The position numbers and the translations under genes are program-made. A stretch of DNA of 64,000 nucleotides from Clostridia bacterium. Its GTDB lineage: Bacteria > Bacillota > Clostridia > CAKSNL01 > HGM11501. Position 1 is the stretch's first letter. Every line of letters begins with the position of its first letter. The DNA is taken from the NCBI GenBank assembly GCA_045545475.1, contig JAZQAZ010000017.1, forward strand, positions 1 to 64,000, given 5' to 3'. Positions 1 through 10,239 of this stretch are shown piece after piece. The notes under the pieces are model-generated. The model did not search any database, was not told where the DNA came from, and saw only the letters and a program-made list of their open reading frames with translations.

Positions 1-141
1 ATACAAATCCACATTACTTATTTATATAATATCAATATACAAAACCGTAATCAACCACGGATTTAAAAGGTTGATAGAAAGGAGAAAGGTATATTTGTAA
101 TGACTGTTAGATGAGTCATTTACATTATACCAGGAATAAAA

Positions 142-2904
142 ATGAAAAGGTTATTAAGCATCTTTCTTTGCACTTTAATGCTTTTTGCTTTTGCCATACC
201 CGCTTTGGCGGCGGATACTGAACTTCCGATTTCGGAAATCTCCGATTCTAAGGATATTAAAATTGAGGGCGGAACAATAAAGGAGCCTGCCCACGGAGGA
301 TATTTCGGATTTTCCGGCGTAAATATGGACCATAAAAAATCCGTTTGGGTAAAAGCAACTGTAAATGATAAAAGTGCAACAAACTTTGAAACATTGGCAA
401 TAGTAATGGATGATCCGAAAAAAGGTGCGGTTTTAGGCTATCTGCCTCTTACAACCGAGGGAGTGGACAGAATTTATAAGGCTTCCATCACTCAGGAATC
501 GGGAAATCACGACCTTTATTTCGTGCCTCTTTACGGAAAGGGCGATGACATCACCATAAAGGAAATATGGCTTTCCGAGGATAAGTATTATCACGATACA
601 CTCAGTATGCAGGCACTTGACGAAGCCATAGTTGACGATTATTCCGATAATTTAAAGGCAGTTGACTCTATGGGACGTGCGATAGCATCCTATGAAGAGG
701 TTGGAGATGTTAAAACTGACGGACGAAATGTTGGTATCATGTACTGGAACTGGTTTCCCCACGTGGACTCAAAGGTGGCAGCATATGTAATCCCTGAGGT
801 TATAAAGAAAAATCCCGAGGCAAGGTCCGATTATAACCACGATGCCTGGGATATGAACGGTAAGTTTTACTGGGGCGAGCCTGCACTGGGCTTTTATGAC
901 GGCTATGACTATTTCGTATACCGCCGTCATGCAGAAATGCTTGCATTAGCCGGAGTGGATGCAATATTCTTCGACTACACCAACGGACATAATACAATGA
1001 TTCCGAGACTGAATGTTGTGGCAGAAGCCTTCCGTGATGCAAAGGCATCGGGAGTTGACATTCCCCGTCTTTCTGCGTATAACTCTATGGGAGGCAGCGG
1101 CTCGGACAGCTACAGACAGATGGAATCCTTATACTTTAACTGCTTTATCGAAAATGACTATTCCGACATCTGGTTCTTCTGGGAGGGAAAGCCTCTCCTT
1201 GCAAGTAACTCCACTCCCAAATACGGAAGGGCGTTCGTTGAATCAGACGATTATGTAAAGGACGAAATTTTCCGTGAAGTATCTGATTTCTTTACATACC
1301 GCTATCAGGGACACAGAAATCAGATAACAGCAAATCACATTGATTCCAAAGGTACAGACGAATGGATATGGCTTGAAAACTTCCCGCAGATACTTAGAAA
1401 CAAGGATCCCGAGACCGGCAGACCTGAGTTTGTAGCCGTAGGCTGCGGTATCAATGAATCTACGGTATGGGGAGTTTCGAGAACTGGCGCTTTTTCCGAT
1501 CCCTATTGTAAGGGAAGAGGATTTTCTGAGGTGTTCGGTGAAGACTATACAGAAAACGGTGCAAGAATGGCATATTTCTTCCGTGAGCAGGCAGCTTTGG
1601 CACTTGATGCCGCACCGGAATTTGTTTATTTGAACGGCTGGAACGAATGGACAACCGTAAGAAATGCTGAGCATTCGGGATTGAAAAATGCTTTCATTGA
1701 TACTTTCGACGATGAAAACAGCCGTGATTTCGAGCCCACAAAGGGATTCCTCAAGGATGATTATTATCTCCTTATGACAGACTTTATAAGAAAATATAAG
1801 GGTGTACGTCCCGTAAGAGTGGCAAGCGGTGCAAAGACCATTGACATAGAAGGAGATGCTTCTCAGTGGGAGGGCGTTGGACCTGAATTTATCAACGCAA
1901 CGGGAAGCTATGAGAGAACGGGATATACTGCTCCTGTTGCATATACAAATACATTGGTTGATGCAAGCACAAATACAAACAACTTCATAAAAACTGCAAA
2001 GGTTTCCTTTGACTCTGAAAAGCTTTACTTTACAGCGGTAGCCGACAAGGAAATGAAGCAGGGAAATGACTTTATGTATTTATACATAAATGCGGACAGA
2101 AACTATGCTACAGGCTTTGAAGGCTACGACTATGTAGTAAATATGGGCGGTCTTGGCGTGCTTTCTGCTTTTACCGGAAACGGAACAGAAACAAAAAAGG
2201 TTAGCAATGCAAAAGTTAATGTAAAGGATAACCGCATCACTTTAGCTGTTTTGCGAAGTGAAATCGGTGAAACCGATAAGGTTGATTTGGAATTCAAGTG
2301 GACGGATTCTGTGGAGACTGACATTATCTCCTGGTATGCAAAGGGGTCAGTTGCTCCTCTTGGAAGATTCAACTATCACTATACTGAAATACCTGAAACA
2401 ACCCTTACTGAAGCAGAACGTGCAGAGGTTGGTAAGGATGCAATCGTAAAGGCAGGGGCATCTACCATGATTGCCGATGGCGGAAAGATGAAGGTATATG
2501 AAAAGGACATAAGAATTACGCCATTTGAAATGAACGGAACTCTTTATGTTCCCGAAGCTGCATTCTTGAATATTATGGGTGACGGCAGATCGAAGAGCGT
2601 TTACAATTACAAAAACAATATGATTAAAATCCGCCACTATGATATGAATGAAGAACTTACAGAGGTTATTAACAGCAGCTTTGCATATACAACTCTGGGT
2701 ACACTTGAGGCAAAGGTGAACGGCAAGGCAATTACCTTAAAAGCGCCCATTGTGGCGACAAACGGACTTATATATATTCCGCTTACATTCATAGAGGATG
2801 CTTACGGCTACACTGTTAAAAATTACGGAAACGGAATTTATTCCGTAAGCAAAGACGGTATTTTGGATGAAACTGTAAATGCAGTGTCTGCTCATCTTAA
2901 TTAA
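142..2904 (+). CDS. Secreted multidomain glycoside hydrolase (CBM6-like + GH99/GH71-like catalytic domain + beta-sandwich + copper-amine-oxidase-N-like C-terminal domain)
   Basis: Signal peptide; GNHDLYFV CBM6-like motif; VGIMYWNW, YWGEP, RRHAEMLALAGVD and GWNEW motifs; C-terminal PFEMNGTLYVP / APIVATNGLIYIPL repeats. Confidence 0.65.
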   Translation: MKRLLSIFLCTLMLFAFAIPALAADTELPISEISDSKDIKIEGGTIKEPAHGGYFGFSGVNMDHKKSVWVKATVNDKSATNFETLAIVMDDPKKGAVLGYLPLTTEGVDRIYKASITQESGNHDLYFVPLYGKGDDITIKEIWLSEDKYYHDTLSMQALDEAIVDDYSDNLKAVDSMGRAIASYEEVGDVKTDGRNVGIMYWNWFPHVDSKVAAYVIPEVIKKNPEARSDYNHDAWDMNGKFYWGEPALGFYDGYDYFVYRRHAEMLALAGVDAIFFDYTNGHNTMIPRLNVVAEAFRDAKASGVDIPRLSAYNSMGGSGSDSYRQMESLYFNCFIENDYSDIWFFWEGKPLLASNSTPKYGRAFVESDDYVKDEIFREVSDFFTYRYQGHRNQITANHIDSKGTDEWIWLENFPQILRNKDPETGRPEFVAVGCGINESTVWGVSRTGAFSDPYCKGRGFSEVFGEDYTENGARMAYFFREQAALALDAAPEFVYLNGWNEWTTVRNAEHSGLKNAFIDTFDDENSRDFEPTKGFLKDDYYLLMTDFIRKYKGVRPVRVASGAKTIDIEGDASQWEGVGPEFINATGSYERTGYTAPVAYTNTLVDASTNTNNFIKTAKVSFDSEKLYFTAVADKEMKQGNDFMYLYINADRNYATGFEGYDYVVNMGGLGVLSAFTGNGTETKKVSNAKVNVKDNRITLAVLRSEIGETDKVDLEFKWTDSVETDIISWYAKGSVAPLGRFNYHYTEIPETTLTEAERAEVGKDAIVKAGASTMIADGGKMKVYEKDIRITPFEMNGTLYVPEAAFLNIMGDGRSKSVYNYKNNMIKIRHYDMNEELTEVINSSFAYTTLGTLEAKVNGKAITLKAPIVATNGLIYIPLTFIEDAYGYTVKNYGNGIYSVSKDGILDETVNAVSAHLN

Positions 2905-2918
2905 AGGAGGGGATAAAT

Positions 2919-5900
2919 ATGAAAAAGTTAACTGCAATAATACTTGCTTTTATAATGATGCTTGGAACCATTTCGGCTTTTGCATCTTCTGAGGTTTATC
3001 CCTATTCTTCCGAGTGGAAAATTTCTGCAACAAGTGACTATTTAGGCTCACTTAAAAAGGCCTTTGACGGAGATAAAAGCACTTACTGGCACACAAGCTA
3101 TACGGCTGTGGGCGGCGAGATAACAGACAAAGATCCTCTGCCTTTCTACATTACGGCAGAGTTTCCCGAGGCAATAAATTTAACCGGTTGGCGCTATATG
3201 CCCCGAACCGACAACGGAACAGGTACTGTTCAGGAATATACAATTTTTGCATCAGCTGACGGGGTTAAGTTTTCTAAAATTGCAGACGGAGCATTTACCC
3301 ATGTTGACGATGTAAAACAGAGAACAGAAAAAGAAGCCACCTGGGACGGAGTAAAAGCAAAGGCTGTCATTATAAAGATAACCAAGGCTGTGGGAGACTA
3401 TGGAACAGCTGCCGAAATTTCCTTCTTAAAGGGAACAGGCGAAGGAAAGGTGATAGCAGGAGATACTGACAAGGAAGCAATTTTGGAAGAAGGGTCATCA
3501 GGTAAGACCTATTCCTATGATTCCTCCTGGCAGGTAGCGGTATCAAGCGAATATAACGGCTCCTTCAGTAAGGCATTTGACGAAGATGCCGCAACCTACT
3601 GGCATTCTGATTATAAAACCGAAGGCGGTGCTATAACGGAAAATGATAAGCCTCCCTATTTAATTACCGTTATTTTCCCCGAAAAAATAAACCTTACCGG
3701 CTGGCGCTACACTCCTCGGACAGATAACGGAACCGGTACTGTTGAAAGCTATGTGGTTTATGCATCCGAGGACGGAATAAACTTCGGAAAGGTTTATGAC
3801 GGTGCTTTCAGACACGAGGATAACGTTAAGCTTCGTACAGCTAAAAAAGCTACCTGGGACGGCGTAAATGCAAAGGCTGTAGCTATAAAAGTCACCGGTA
3901 CCGTAGGAGACTACGGAACAGCAGCGGAAATTGCATTTATAAAGGGCGAGGGCGAAGGTAAGAAAGTTACTTCCGAAATTACTCTTTCCGAGCTTAACGA
4001 AGTAATTGAAAATGCCGAAGCGGGCGAAGTAATCCCTGAAAGCTACGTGGAAATAACAGCCGAGTCTATGGGAGAAAAATATCCCTATAACGAAAGCTGG
4101 AAGGTGGAAGTTCCCAGTGAGCGAGGGGCAAATACAAAAAACAAAATGTTCGACGGAAACTCTTCTACATTCTGGGAAACTGACTATATAAACGAAAACG
4201 GTGTTGTTACAAAGGACGAACCTCCCTATAATATTGAAATCGAATTCCCCGAAGAAATTAATCTTACCGGCTGGCGTTATACCCCAAGACGTGACACTGT
4301 TGGAACAATAAGATTCTTTAACATTTATACATCCACCGACGGGGAAAACTATAAGTTCATCACTTCGGGAGAATTTCCATATGCAAAAGATGCAGCAGGC
4401 CCCACAAGAAATATTGCTTTCAAGGGCGGCAACGCAAGATTCCTTCGCATAGAGGTTACCGAAAGCTATTATGGCTATTGCGGTGCGGCAGAAATGGAAT
4501 TTTACATAAACGGAACGGGCGAGATGAAGTATAGTGAGCAGGAAACAGAGGGAACAAATTCTCTTGGCATCGGAAAAATAAAGCCCCGTGGCTGGTATGC
4601 AAGGGCAAGCAGTCAGTATTTCGGCTATCCCGTGTCCCAGTCAATCGACGGAAAAAATAACACAATATGGCATTCAAACTACAGCGTAATTGAAAATAAG
4701 GTAATAATGACGGAAAAGTTCCCCTTCACGGTTGAATATATCTTCCCTGAAAATCTTGAAATTTCGGGAATAAGCCTTCTTCCGAGACAGGATTCGGGAA
4801 ATCACGGACTTATTTTAGGGTGCAATATCTATGCATCCGACAGCGTGGAAGGCGAATATGTTTTGCTTAAAAAGGGAGTATCCTTTGACAAAAACAAAAC
4901 CGAAAAGGAAATTCCTCTTGCAGGTAACTTAAGTCTTCGTAAAATAAAAATTGAAATCAGGGAAGGAAATTTGTCCTGTGCATCACTTGCTGAATTCAGC
5001 GTATGGGAAAAGGATCCGGAAAAGGTTGACCTTACTCTTTCAGACTATGCCGAGGAAGAAAAGAAATATGCGACCTACACGGTTGATACGTCTTCTTTCA
5101 TTGCAATTTATGATGGCGAAAACTGGTCGGGAGCAGAGCCGGGTAACATCTTCGACGGTTCCACCGGTGGTATATGGCAGACCGATACGATTGAAGAAGC
5201 ACCCGTAATGCTGACAATTGATATGATAAGGCCACATACGATAAGCGGAATGACCTATCTTCCGAGACAAACACCTGACCTTCACGGACATTGGAAAAAG
5301 GTTTCAATTTACACCTCCCTTGATGGTGAAAACTGGGAAGAACTTTTCATTGATAAGACCTTTGATGTTGATTTAAGCTTAAAGGTTATTCCTTTCGGCA
5401 AAGAAGTAACCATGCGCTATATGCAGATTGAATTCTGGGATTATCACGCAAAGAGAGTTTCCTGTGCGGAAATTACCTTCAGCCAGAGTGCCAAAGCACA
5501 CGAAGAAGAGCTTATTGCAAATCAGGCAAGTTATACTCTTAAGATAGGCAATAATGAAATTTCTGCAGTAAAGGGTGGCGTTGCAACCACAAAGACGCTG
5601 GACGTAGCTCCCTTTATAGTTGACGGTTCTACTATGATTCCTTTAAGAGGTCTTTTAGAGGAAATGGGTGCAACCATAACATGGAATGGCGAAAGTGACG
5701 AAATTATACTGGATGCATCACCTTATGAAATCAGGCTTCAGATACAGAACGAGCTTGTATATGTTAAAGATCCCTTGTACGGAGATATTATGTATACACT
5801 TATAAATCCGCCCATAATAAAGGACAGCCGCACCTTCGTGCCGATAAGGTTTATTTCTGAAATACTGGGGTACAAGGTAAGCTGGGATGGAGAAACTCAG

Positions 5901-5921
5901 ACGGTTTTAATTGAAAAATGA
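2919..5921 (+). CDS. Secreted protein with five F5/8-type C (discoidin/CBM32) repeats and a C-terminal copper-amine-oxidase-N-like domain
   Basis: Signal peptide; five repeats of AFDG..T.WH / TGWRY.PR / AAEI-type motifs; C-terminal APFIVDGSTMIPLR, SRTFVPIRFISE, VSWDG; AAGGAGG RBS. Confidence 0.75.
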   Translation: MKKLTAIILAFIMMLGTISAFASSEVYPYSSEWKISATSDYLGSLKKAFDGDKSTYWHTSYTAVGGEITDKDPLPFYITAEFPEAINLTGWRYMPRTDNGTGTVQEYTIFASADGVKFSKIADGAFTHVDDVKQRTEKEATWDGVKAKAVIIKITKAVGDYGTAAEISFLKGTGEGKVIAGDTDKEAILEEGSSGKTYSYDSSWQVAVSSEYNGSFSKAFDEDAATYWHSDYKTEGGAITENDKPPYLITVIFPEKINLTGWRYTPRTDNGTGTVESYVVYASEDGINFGKVYDGAFRHEDNVKLRTAKKATWDGVNAKAVAIKVTGTVGDYGTAAEIAFIKGEGEGKKVTSEITLSELNEVIENAEAGEVIPESYVEITAESMGEKYPYNESWKVEVPSERGANTKNKMFDGNSSTFWETDYINENGVVTKDEPPYNIEIEFPEEINLTGWRYTPRRDTVGTIRFFNIYTSTDGENYKFITSGEFPYAKDAAGPTRNIAFKGGNARFLRIEVTESYYGYCGAAEMEFYINGTGEMKYSEQETEGTNSLGIGKIKPRGWYARASSQYFGYPVSQSIDGKNNTIWHSNYSVIENKVIMTEKFPFTVEYIFPENLEISGISLLPRQDSGNHGLILGCNIYASDSVEGEYVLLKKGVSFDKNKTEKEIPLAGNLSLRKIKIEIREGNLSCASLAEFSVWEKDPEKVDLTLSDYAEEEKKYATYTVDTSSFIAIYDGENWSGAEPGNIFDGSTGGIWQTDTIEEAPVMLTIDMIRPHTISGMTYLPRQTPDLHGHWKKVSIYTSLDGENWEELFIDKTFDVDLSLKVIPFGKEVTMRYMQIEFWDYHAKRVSCAEITFSQSAKAHEEELIANQASYTLKIGNNEISAVKGGVATTKTLDVAPFIVDGSTMIPLRGLLEEMGATITWNGESDEIILDASPYEIRLQIQNELVYVKDPLYGDIMYTLINPPIIKDSRTFVPIRFISEILGYKVSWDGETQTVLIEK

Positions 5922-5922
5922 T

Positions 5923-5956
5923 AAAAGACAGCAGGTTTTATTCCTGCTGTCTTTTT
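5923..5956 (+). terminator. Intrinsic terminator
   Basis: AAAAGACAGCAGG / CCTGCTGTCTTTT stem with U tract. Confidence 0.8.
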
Positions 5957-5959
5957 GTA

Positions 5960-5985
5960 ACCTTATTTTTATTTAAGCATATTAT
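5960..5985 (+). promoter_or_regulatory. Possible sigmaK-type sporulation promoter
   Basis: AC-N16-CATATTAT fits the sigmaK consensus AC-N16-CATAnnnT. Confidence 0.4.
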
Positions 5986-6012
5986 ATAATGAAAAATAAA
6001 AGGAGGGTTTTT

Positions 6013-6246
6013 ATGGCTGAAAAAAATGAAAACAAAAAGGACGATTGCTCAAGAATTCCCTATATGTGGCCTATGGGTTATAATACATACGGCATGCCCG
6101 TAGATGGTAACATGTGGCAGGGCTATCCTATGATGAATCAGTGTGCATGGCAAAATTATCCCATGCGTTGTCCCATGTGCGGAAACTTTATTACCATGGG
6201 AAACTGTATGCCTTATACGAACACATCTTTTCCCGAATCGGAATAA
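6013..6246 (+). CDS. Small Met/Pro/Tyr/Cys-rich protein, possibly spore-coat associated
   Basis: Strong AGGAGG RBS before ATG 6013; 77 aa; repeated WQ(G/N)YPM; CPMC; followed by a terminator. Confidence 0.6.
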   Translation: MAEKNENKKDDCSRIPYMWPMGYNTYGMPVDGNMWQGYPMMNQCAWQNYPMRCPMCGNFITMGNCMPYTNTSFPESE

Positions 6247-6340
6247 GAAAAAAGGCTGAAACCCTTTGGGTTTTCAGCTCTTTTTTGTATAATGCCTACA
6301 AAGGTGATATAAAAAAGTTTATTTTTATGCAATAATTTCA

Positions 6341-6369
6341 TTGACGAACCACTTTTTCTTTGGTATAAT
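6341..6369 (+). promoter_or_regulatory. sigmaA promoter of the threonine operon
   Basis: TTGACG-N17-TATAAT with extended TG. Confidence 0.75.
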
Positions 6370-6409
6370 CTCTTTATTAAATACATTTGTTTTCGGGTGG
6401 TGGACAAAC

Positions 6410-6841
6410 GTGAGCAAAAATTCTTTGGTTCTGGTTGACTCCAAGGTTCTCCCTGAGGTTTATTCAAAGGTTCTCGAAGCCAAGAGGTTTCTGGCGGAGG
6501 GCGATTGCAGGGAGATAAGTGATGCCGTTAAAAAGGCAGGCATATCAAGAAGTGCATATTATAAGTATAAGGACTATGTATTTCCGTTCAACCAGATGCA
6601 GGGAATTATAACACTGTTTTTTATCGTATCGGATAAAACCGGTGTATTATCTTCCATTCTCTCAACACTTGCAGAGGTGGGAGCGAATGTCCTTACCATT
6701 AATCAGAACATTCCCGTAAATTCCGTGGCTGATGTGTCAATCAGCATACAAAATGTGTCAGGTGGAGATTTGCAGGAGCTTATAGACCGTCTGGGTGCCC
6801 TTAAAGGGGTTAAGGATGTTCGTGTTCTGGCGAGACAGTAA
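6410..6841 (+). CDS. thrR: ACT-domain transcriptional regulator, ThrR/PheB family
   Basis: GISRSAYYKYKD HTH motif plus C-terminal ACT domain (NVLTINQNIP); first gene before hom; GTG start at 6410. Confidence 0.85.
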   Translation: MSKNSLVLVDSKVLPEVYSKVLEAKRFLAEGDCREISDAVKKAGISRSAYYKYKDYVFPFNQMQGIITLFFIVSDKTGVLSSILSTLAEVGANVLTINQNIPVNSVADVSISIQNVSGGDLQELIDRLGALKGVKDVRVLARQ

Positions 6842-6864
6842 GAAGCGAAAGGATGGACAGTCAG

Positions 6865-8073
6865 ATGAAAAACGTAGCGATACTTGGCTTTGGCACTGTG
6901 GGTAGCGGAGTTTATGAAATGCTCTCATTAAATGCGGGAAAAATAGAAAAAGCCGCAAAATCTCCCGTAAAAGTTAAATATATCCTTGATATAAGAGACT
7001 TTTCAGAGAGAGAAGATGCCCATATTTTTACTAAGGACTTTAATGTGATATTAGAGGATGAAGATGTTGATATAGTTGCTGAGGTGATAGGAGGGATTCA
7101 TCCTGCCTATGACTTTACAAAGGCAGCTATTCTAAAGGGAAAAAGCGTTGTTACATCCAATAAGGAGCTTGTTGCAACAAAGGGATGTGAGCTTTTAAAG
7201 CTGGCTAAGGAAAATAATGTAAATTATCTTTTTGAAGCATCCGTTGGCGGAGGAATTCCTTTAATTGCTCCCATACACAACTATCTTGCGGCAAATGAGA
7301 TTGAGGAAGTGGGAGGAATTCTCAACGGAACCACAAACTATATCTTAACCGAAATGTTTGAAAAAGGACGCAGCTTTGATGAAGCGTTAAAGAGTGCACA
7401 GGAACTTGGATATGCGGAGAGAAAACCTGAGGCGGATGTGGAAGGAATAGACGCCTGCCGTAAAATTTCCATTCTTATGTCACTTGTAACAGGCAAATTC
7501 TGTGATTCTGAGAAAATTTACACCGAAGGAATTACCGGCATTGATGAGGAAGATGTGGCATATGCCGAAATTCTTGACAGCGTAATAAAGCTTGTAGCTT
7601 ACGGTAAAAATACAAAGGATGGAATTTATGCCGCAGTTCGCCCGGCTATGATTAAAAACGAAAATCCGTTAGCTTCGGTAAGAAGTGTTTTCAATGCGGC
7701 ATACGTTAAAGGGAATGCTGTCGGCAAGGTAATGTTTTACGGTCGGGGTGCAGGAAAGATGCCAACAGCAAGTGCAGTAGTGTCTGATATTTTAGACGTT
7801 GCTAAATCCGGAGAATATAAGGGTTACTTCTGGGAAGAAGAAGCTTTGATGATTCCTCATGATGAGGTTAAAGAAAGCTATTTTGTCAGAATTTCCGCAA
7901 AGGATGAGGAAAAAGCGAGGGAAATCTTCTCTGAAGAGAACATAGTGAAGCTTCCCGGCGAAACAGAAGAAATTGCGGTAATAACTTCTCCCATGACAAA
8001 CGGTTCTTTTGAAGATAAATTCAAGGGCATTAAAGTAATTAAAAAAATACGCCTTCTCGGAGAAGATGAATGA
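6865..8073 (+). CDS. hom: Homoserine dehydrogenase
   Basis: GFGTVGSG, FEASVGGGIP, GILNGTTNYIL, GRGAG motifs. Confidence 0.95.
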   Translation: MKNVAILGFGTVGSGVYEMLSLNAGKIEKAAKSPVKVKYILDIRDFSEREDAHIFTKDFNVILEDEDVDIVAEVIGGIHPAYDFTKAAILKGKSVVTSNKELVATKGCELLKLAKENNVNYLFEASVGGGIPLIAPIHNYLAANEIEEVGGILNGTTNYILTEMFEKGRSFDEALKSAQELGYAERKPEADVEGIDACRKISILMSLVTGKFCDSEKIYTEGITGIDEEDVAYAEILDSVIKLVAYGKNTKDGIYAAVRPAMIKNENPLASVRSVFNAAYVKGNAVGKVMFYGRGAGKMPTASAVVSDILDVAKSGEYKGYFWEEEALMIPHDEVKESYFVRISAKDEEKAREIFSEENIVKLPGETEEIAVITSPMTNGSFEDKFKGIKVIKKIRLLGEDE

Positions 8074-8960
8074 TAAGGGTTAAGGTCCCTGCGACGAGTG
8101 CGAATCTGGGCCCCGGATTTGACTCCATGGGACTCTGCCTGGGACTGTATAATGAATATGAATTTGAAGAGACCGAAAAGGGAATAGAGATTGTGCAGGA
8201 CGGTTTTAATTACAAAAATTGTCCTCCTGAGCGCAATCTTATATACAAGGCAATGAAGGCCGTATTTGATGAATGCGGCAAAAGTCCAAGCGGTATTAAA
8301 ATAAAAATAGAAAGCAATATTCCGGCAACGAGAGGACTTGGTTCCTCTGCTGCCTGCATAATTGGCGGTATGGTCGGTGCAAATGCTATGTACGGCTTGC
8401 TAGGCCCCCGGGATATACTTAATCTTGCTTCAAAGATGGAGCATCATCCCGATAACGTGGTTCCCTGCCTTATGGGAGGCTTTACGGTGTCTTACTTTGA
8501 CGGAAAGGATGTAACCTACAGCAAATTTAATCTGGGCGATGAAATCAGCCTTGCTGTAATTTATCCCGACTCAAAGCTTTCCACAGGAAAGGCAAGAACC
8601 ACTCTTCCTTATAAGGTATCTCACCAAGATGCGGCTTTTAATGCTTCACATGCGGCATTGGTTGTTTCTGCGATAGCGGGAAAGAAATATCATCTTCTCG
8701 GCGAAGCAATGAAGGATAAGCTTCATCAACCATACAGAATGAAAATGATTCCGGACATGGAAGAAATTTTCAAGATGTATAAAGAGGCAGGAGCATACGG
8801 TGCTTACTTAAGCGGAAGCGGGCCGACTCTTGCGGCAATAATCCCCACAAAGGATAAAGAAAGCTTTAGAAATTTCGTTACAGAGAAGCTTTCTGGAAAG
8901 AATTATAATTTTGATATTTTTGGCTTTGACAACATGGGAACATACGTCAGAAAGCTTTAA
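8070..8960 (+). CDS. thrB: Homoserine kinase
   Basis: PATSANLGPGFD, GLGSSAA, HPDNV, LSGSGPT. Confidence 0.95.
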   Translation: MIRVKVPATSANLGPGFDSMGLCLGLYNEYEFEETEKGIEIVQDGFNYKNCPPERNLIYKAMKAVFDECGKSPSGIKIKIESNIPATRGLGSSAACIIGGMVGANAMYGLLGPRDILNLASKMEHHPDNVVPCLMGGFTVSYFDGKDVTYSKFNLGDEISLAVIYPDSKLSTGKARTTLPYKVSHQDAAFNASHAALVVSAIAGKKYHLLGEAMKDKLHQPYRMKMIPDMEEIFKMYKEAGAYGAYLSGSGPTLAAIIPTKDKESFRNFVTEKLSGKNYNFDIFGFDNMGTYVRKL

Positions 8961-8994
8961 ATAATATGAAGAATAAAGAAAGGATTGATTATAA

Positions 8995-10200
8995 ATGTTG
9001 ATAGTGCAGAAGTTCGGCGGAAGCTCTGTTGCAAATGCAGAAAGAGTTTTTAACGTGGCAAACCGCATTGCCGAAACTTACAGAAACGGAAACAGTGTTG
9101 TTGTAACAGTTTCCGCACAGGGTGACACAACGGATGATTTAATTGAAAAGGCAAAGGAAATCAATGAAAAGCCCTCAAAAAGAGAAATGGATATGCTTCT
9201 TGCAACAGGTGAGCAGATTTCAATTGCTCTTCTTGCCATGGCTCTTGAAAAAATCGGCATTCCCGCAATATCCTTAACAGGATGGCAGGCAGGTGTTAAT
9301 ACCGATTCCAAGTACGGTGTTGCGAAAATTAAGAGAATACACACAGAAAGAATTTTATCGGAGCTTGATGCGAAAAAGGTTGTTATTGTTGCAGGTTTCC
9401 AGGGCATAAATAAATATGACGATATTACGACTCTCGGAAGAGGCGGAAGTGATACATCGGCGGTTGCACTTGCAGCAGCGCTTCATGCGGATTTATGTCA
9501 GATATTCACCGACGTTGACGGTGTATTCACAACCGATCCCAGAATTTGCCCCGAAGCTAAAAAGCTTCCCGAAATCACATATGACGTGATGCTTGAGCTT
9601 GCATCTCTTGGTGCTAACGTACTTATGAACAGAAGCGTTGAACTGGCAAAAAAATATAATGTAAATTTAGAGGTACTCAGCAGCCTTAAGAAGGTGGAGG
9701 GTACATATGTCAAGGAGGTTACTAAAGTGGAAAAATCAAATGTAAGAGGTATAGCAAGAGATAACGACGTAGCAATGATATCGGTACTTGACGTGCCGGA
9801 TGAGCCCGGTATTGCCTTCAAAGTATTTTCTATGCTTGCAAAGCATAACATAAATGTTGATATGATTCTTCAGTCCATCGGTCGTGAAGATAAAAAGGAT
9901 ATAAGCTTCTCTGTTAAGAGTGACGAATGTGAAGACGCAGTTAAGCTTCTTTCCGAAAACAACATTATTGAAGCAAGAAAAATCGTTTACAAGGATAACG
10001 TGTCAAAGGTGTCTATCGTAGGTGCCGGAATGGTAAGCAATCCCGGTGTTGCTTCCATGATGTTCGAGGCTATGTATGATGCTCACATCAACATCCACAT
10101 GATTTGCACAAGTGAAATTAAGGTTTCAATTCTCATAGACAGAGAATATGCTGAAAAGGCAGTAAGAACCCTTCATGAAAAATACAATCTTGATAAATAA
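8995..10200 (+). CDS. lysC: Aspartate kinase
   Basis: VQKFGGSSV, TLGRGGSDTSA, TDVDGV, two ACT domains. Confidence 0.92.
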   Translation: MLIVQKFGGSSVANAERVFNVANRIAETYRNGNSVVVTVSAQGDTTDDLIEKAKEINEKPSKREMDMLLATGEQISIALLAMALEKIGIPAISLTGWQAGVNTDSKYGVAKIKRIHTERILSELDAKKVVIVAGFQGINKYDDITTLGRGGSDTSAVALAAALHADLCQIFTDVDGVFTTDPRICPEAKKLPEITYDVMLELASLGANVLMNRSVELAKKYNVNLEVLSSLKKVEGTYVKEVTKVEKSNVRGIARDNDVAMISVLDVPDEPGIAFKVFSMLAKHNINVDMILQSIGREDKKDISFSVKSDECEDAVKLLSENNIIEARKIVYKDNVSKVSIVGAGMVSNPGVASMMFEAMYDAHINIHMICTSEIKVSILIDREYAEKAVRTLHEKYNLDK

Positions 10201-10207
10201 TATTACG

Positions 10208-10239
10208 GCCCCTTGCAGATAATAGCAAGGGGCGTTTTT
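10208..10239 (+). terminator. Intrinsic terminator overlapping the RBS of the next gene
   Basis: GCCCCTTGC / GCAAGGGGC stem followed by GTTTTT. Confidence 0.7.
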
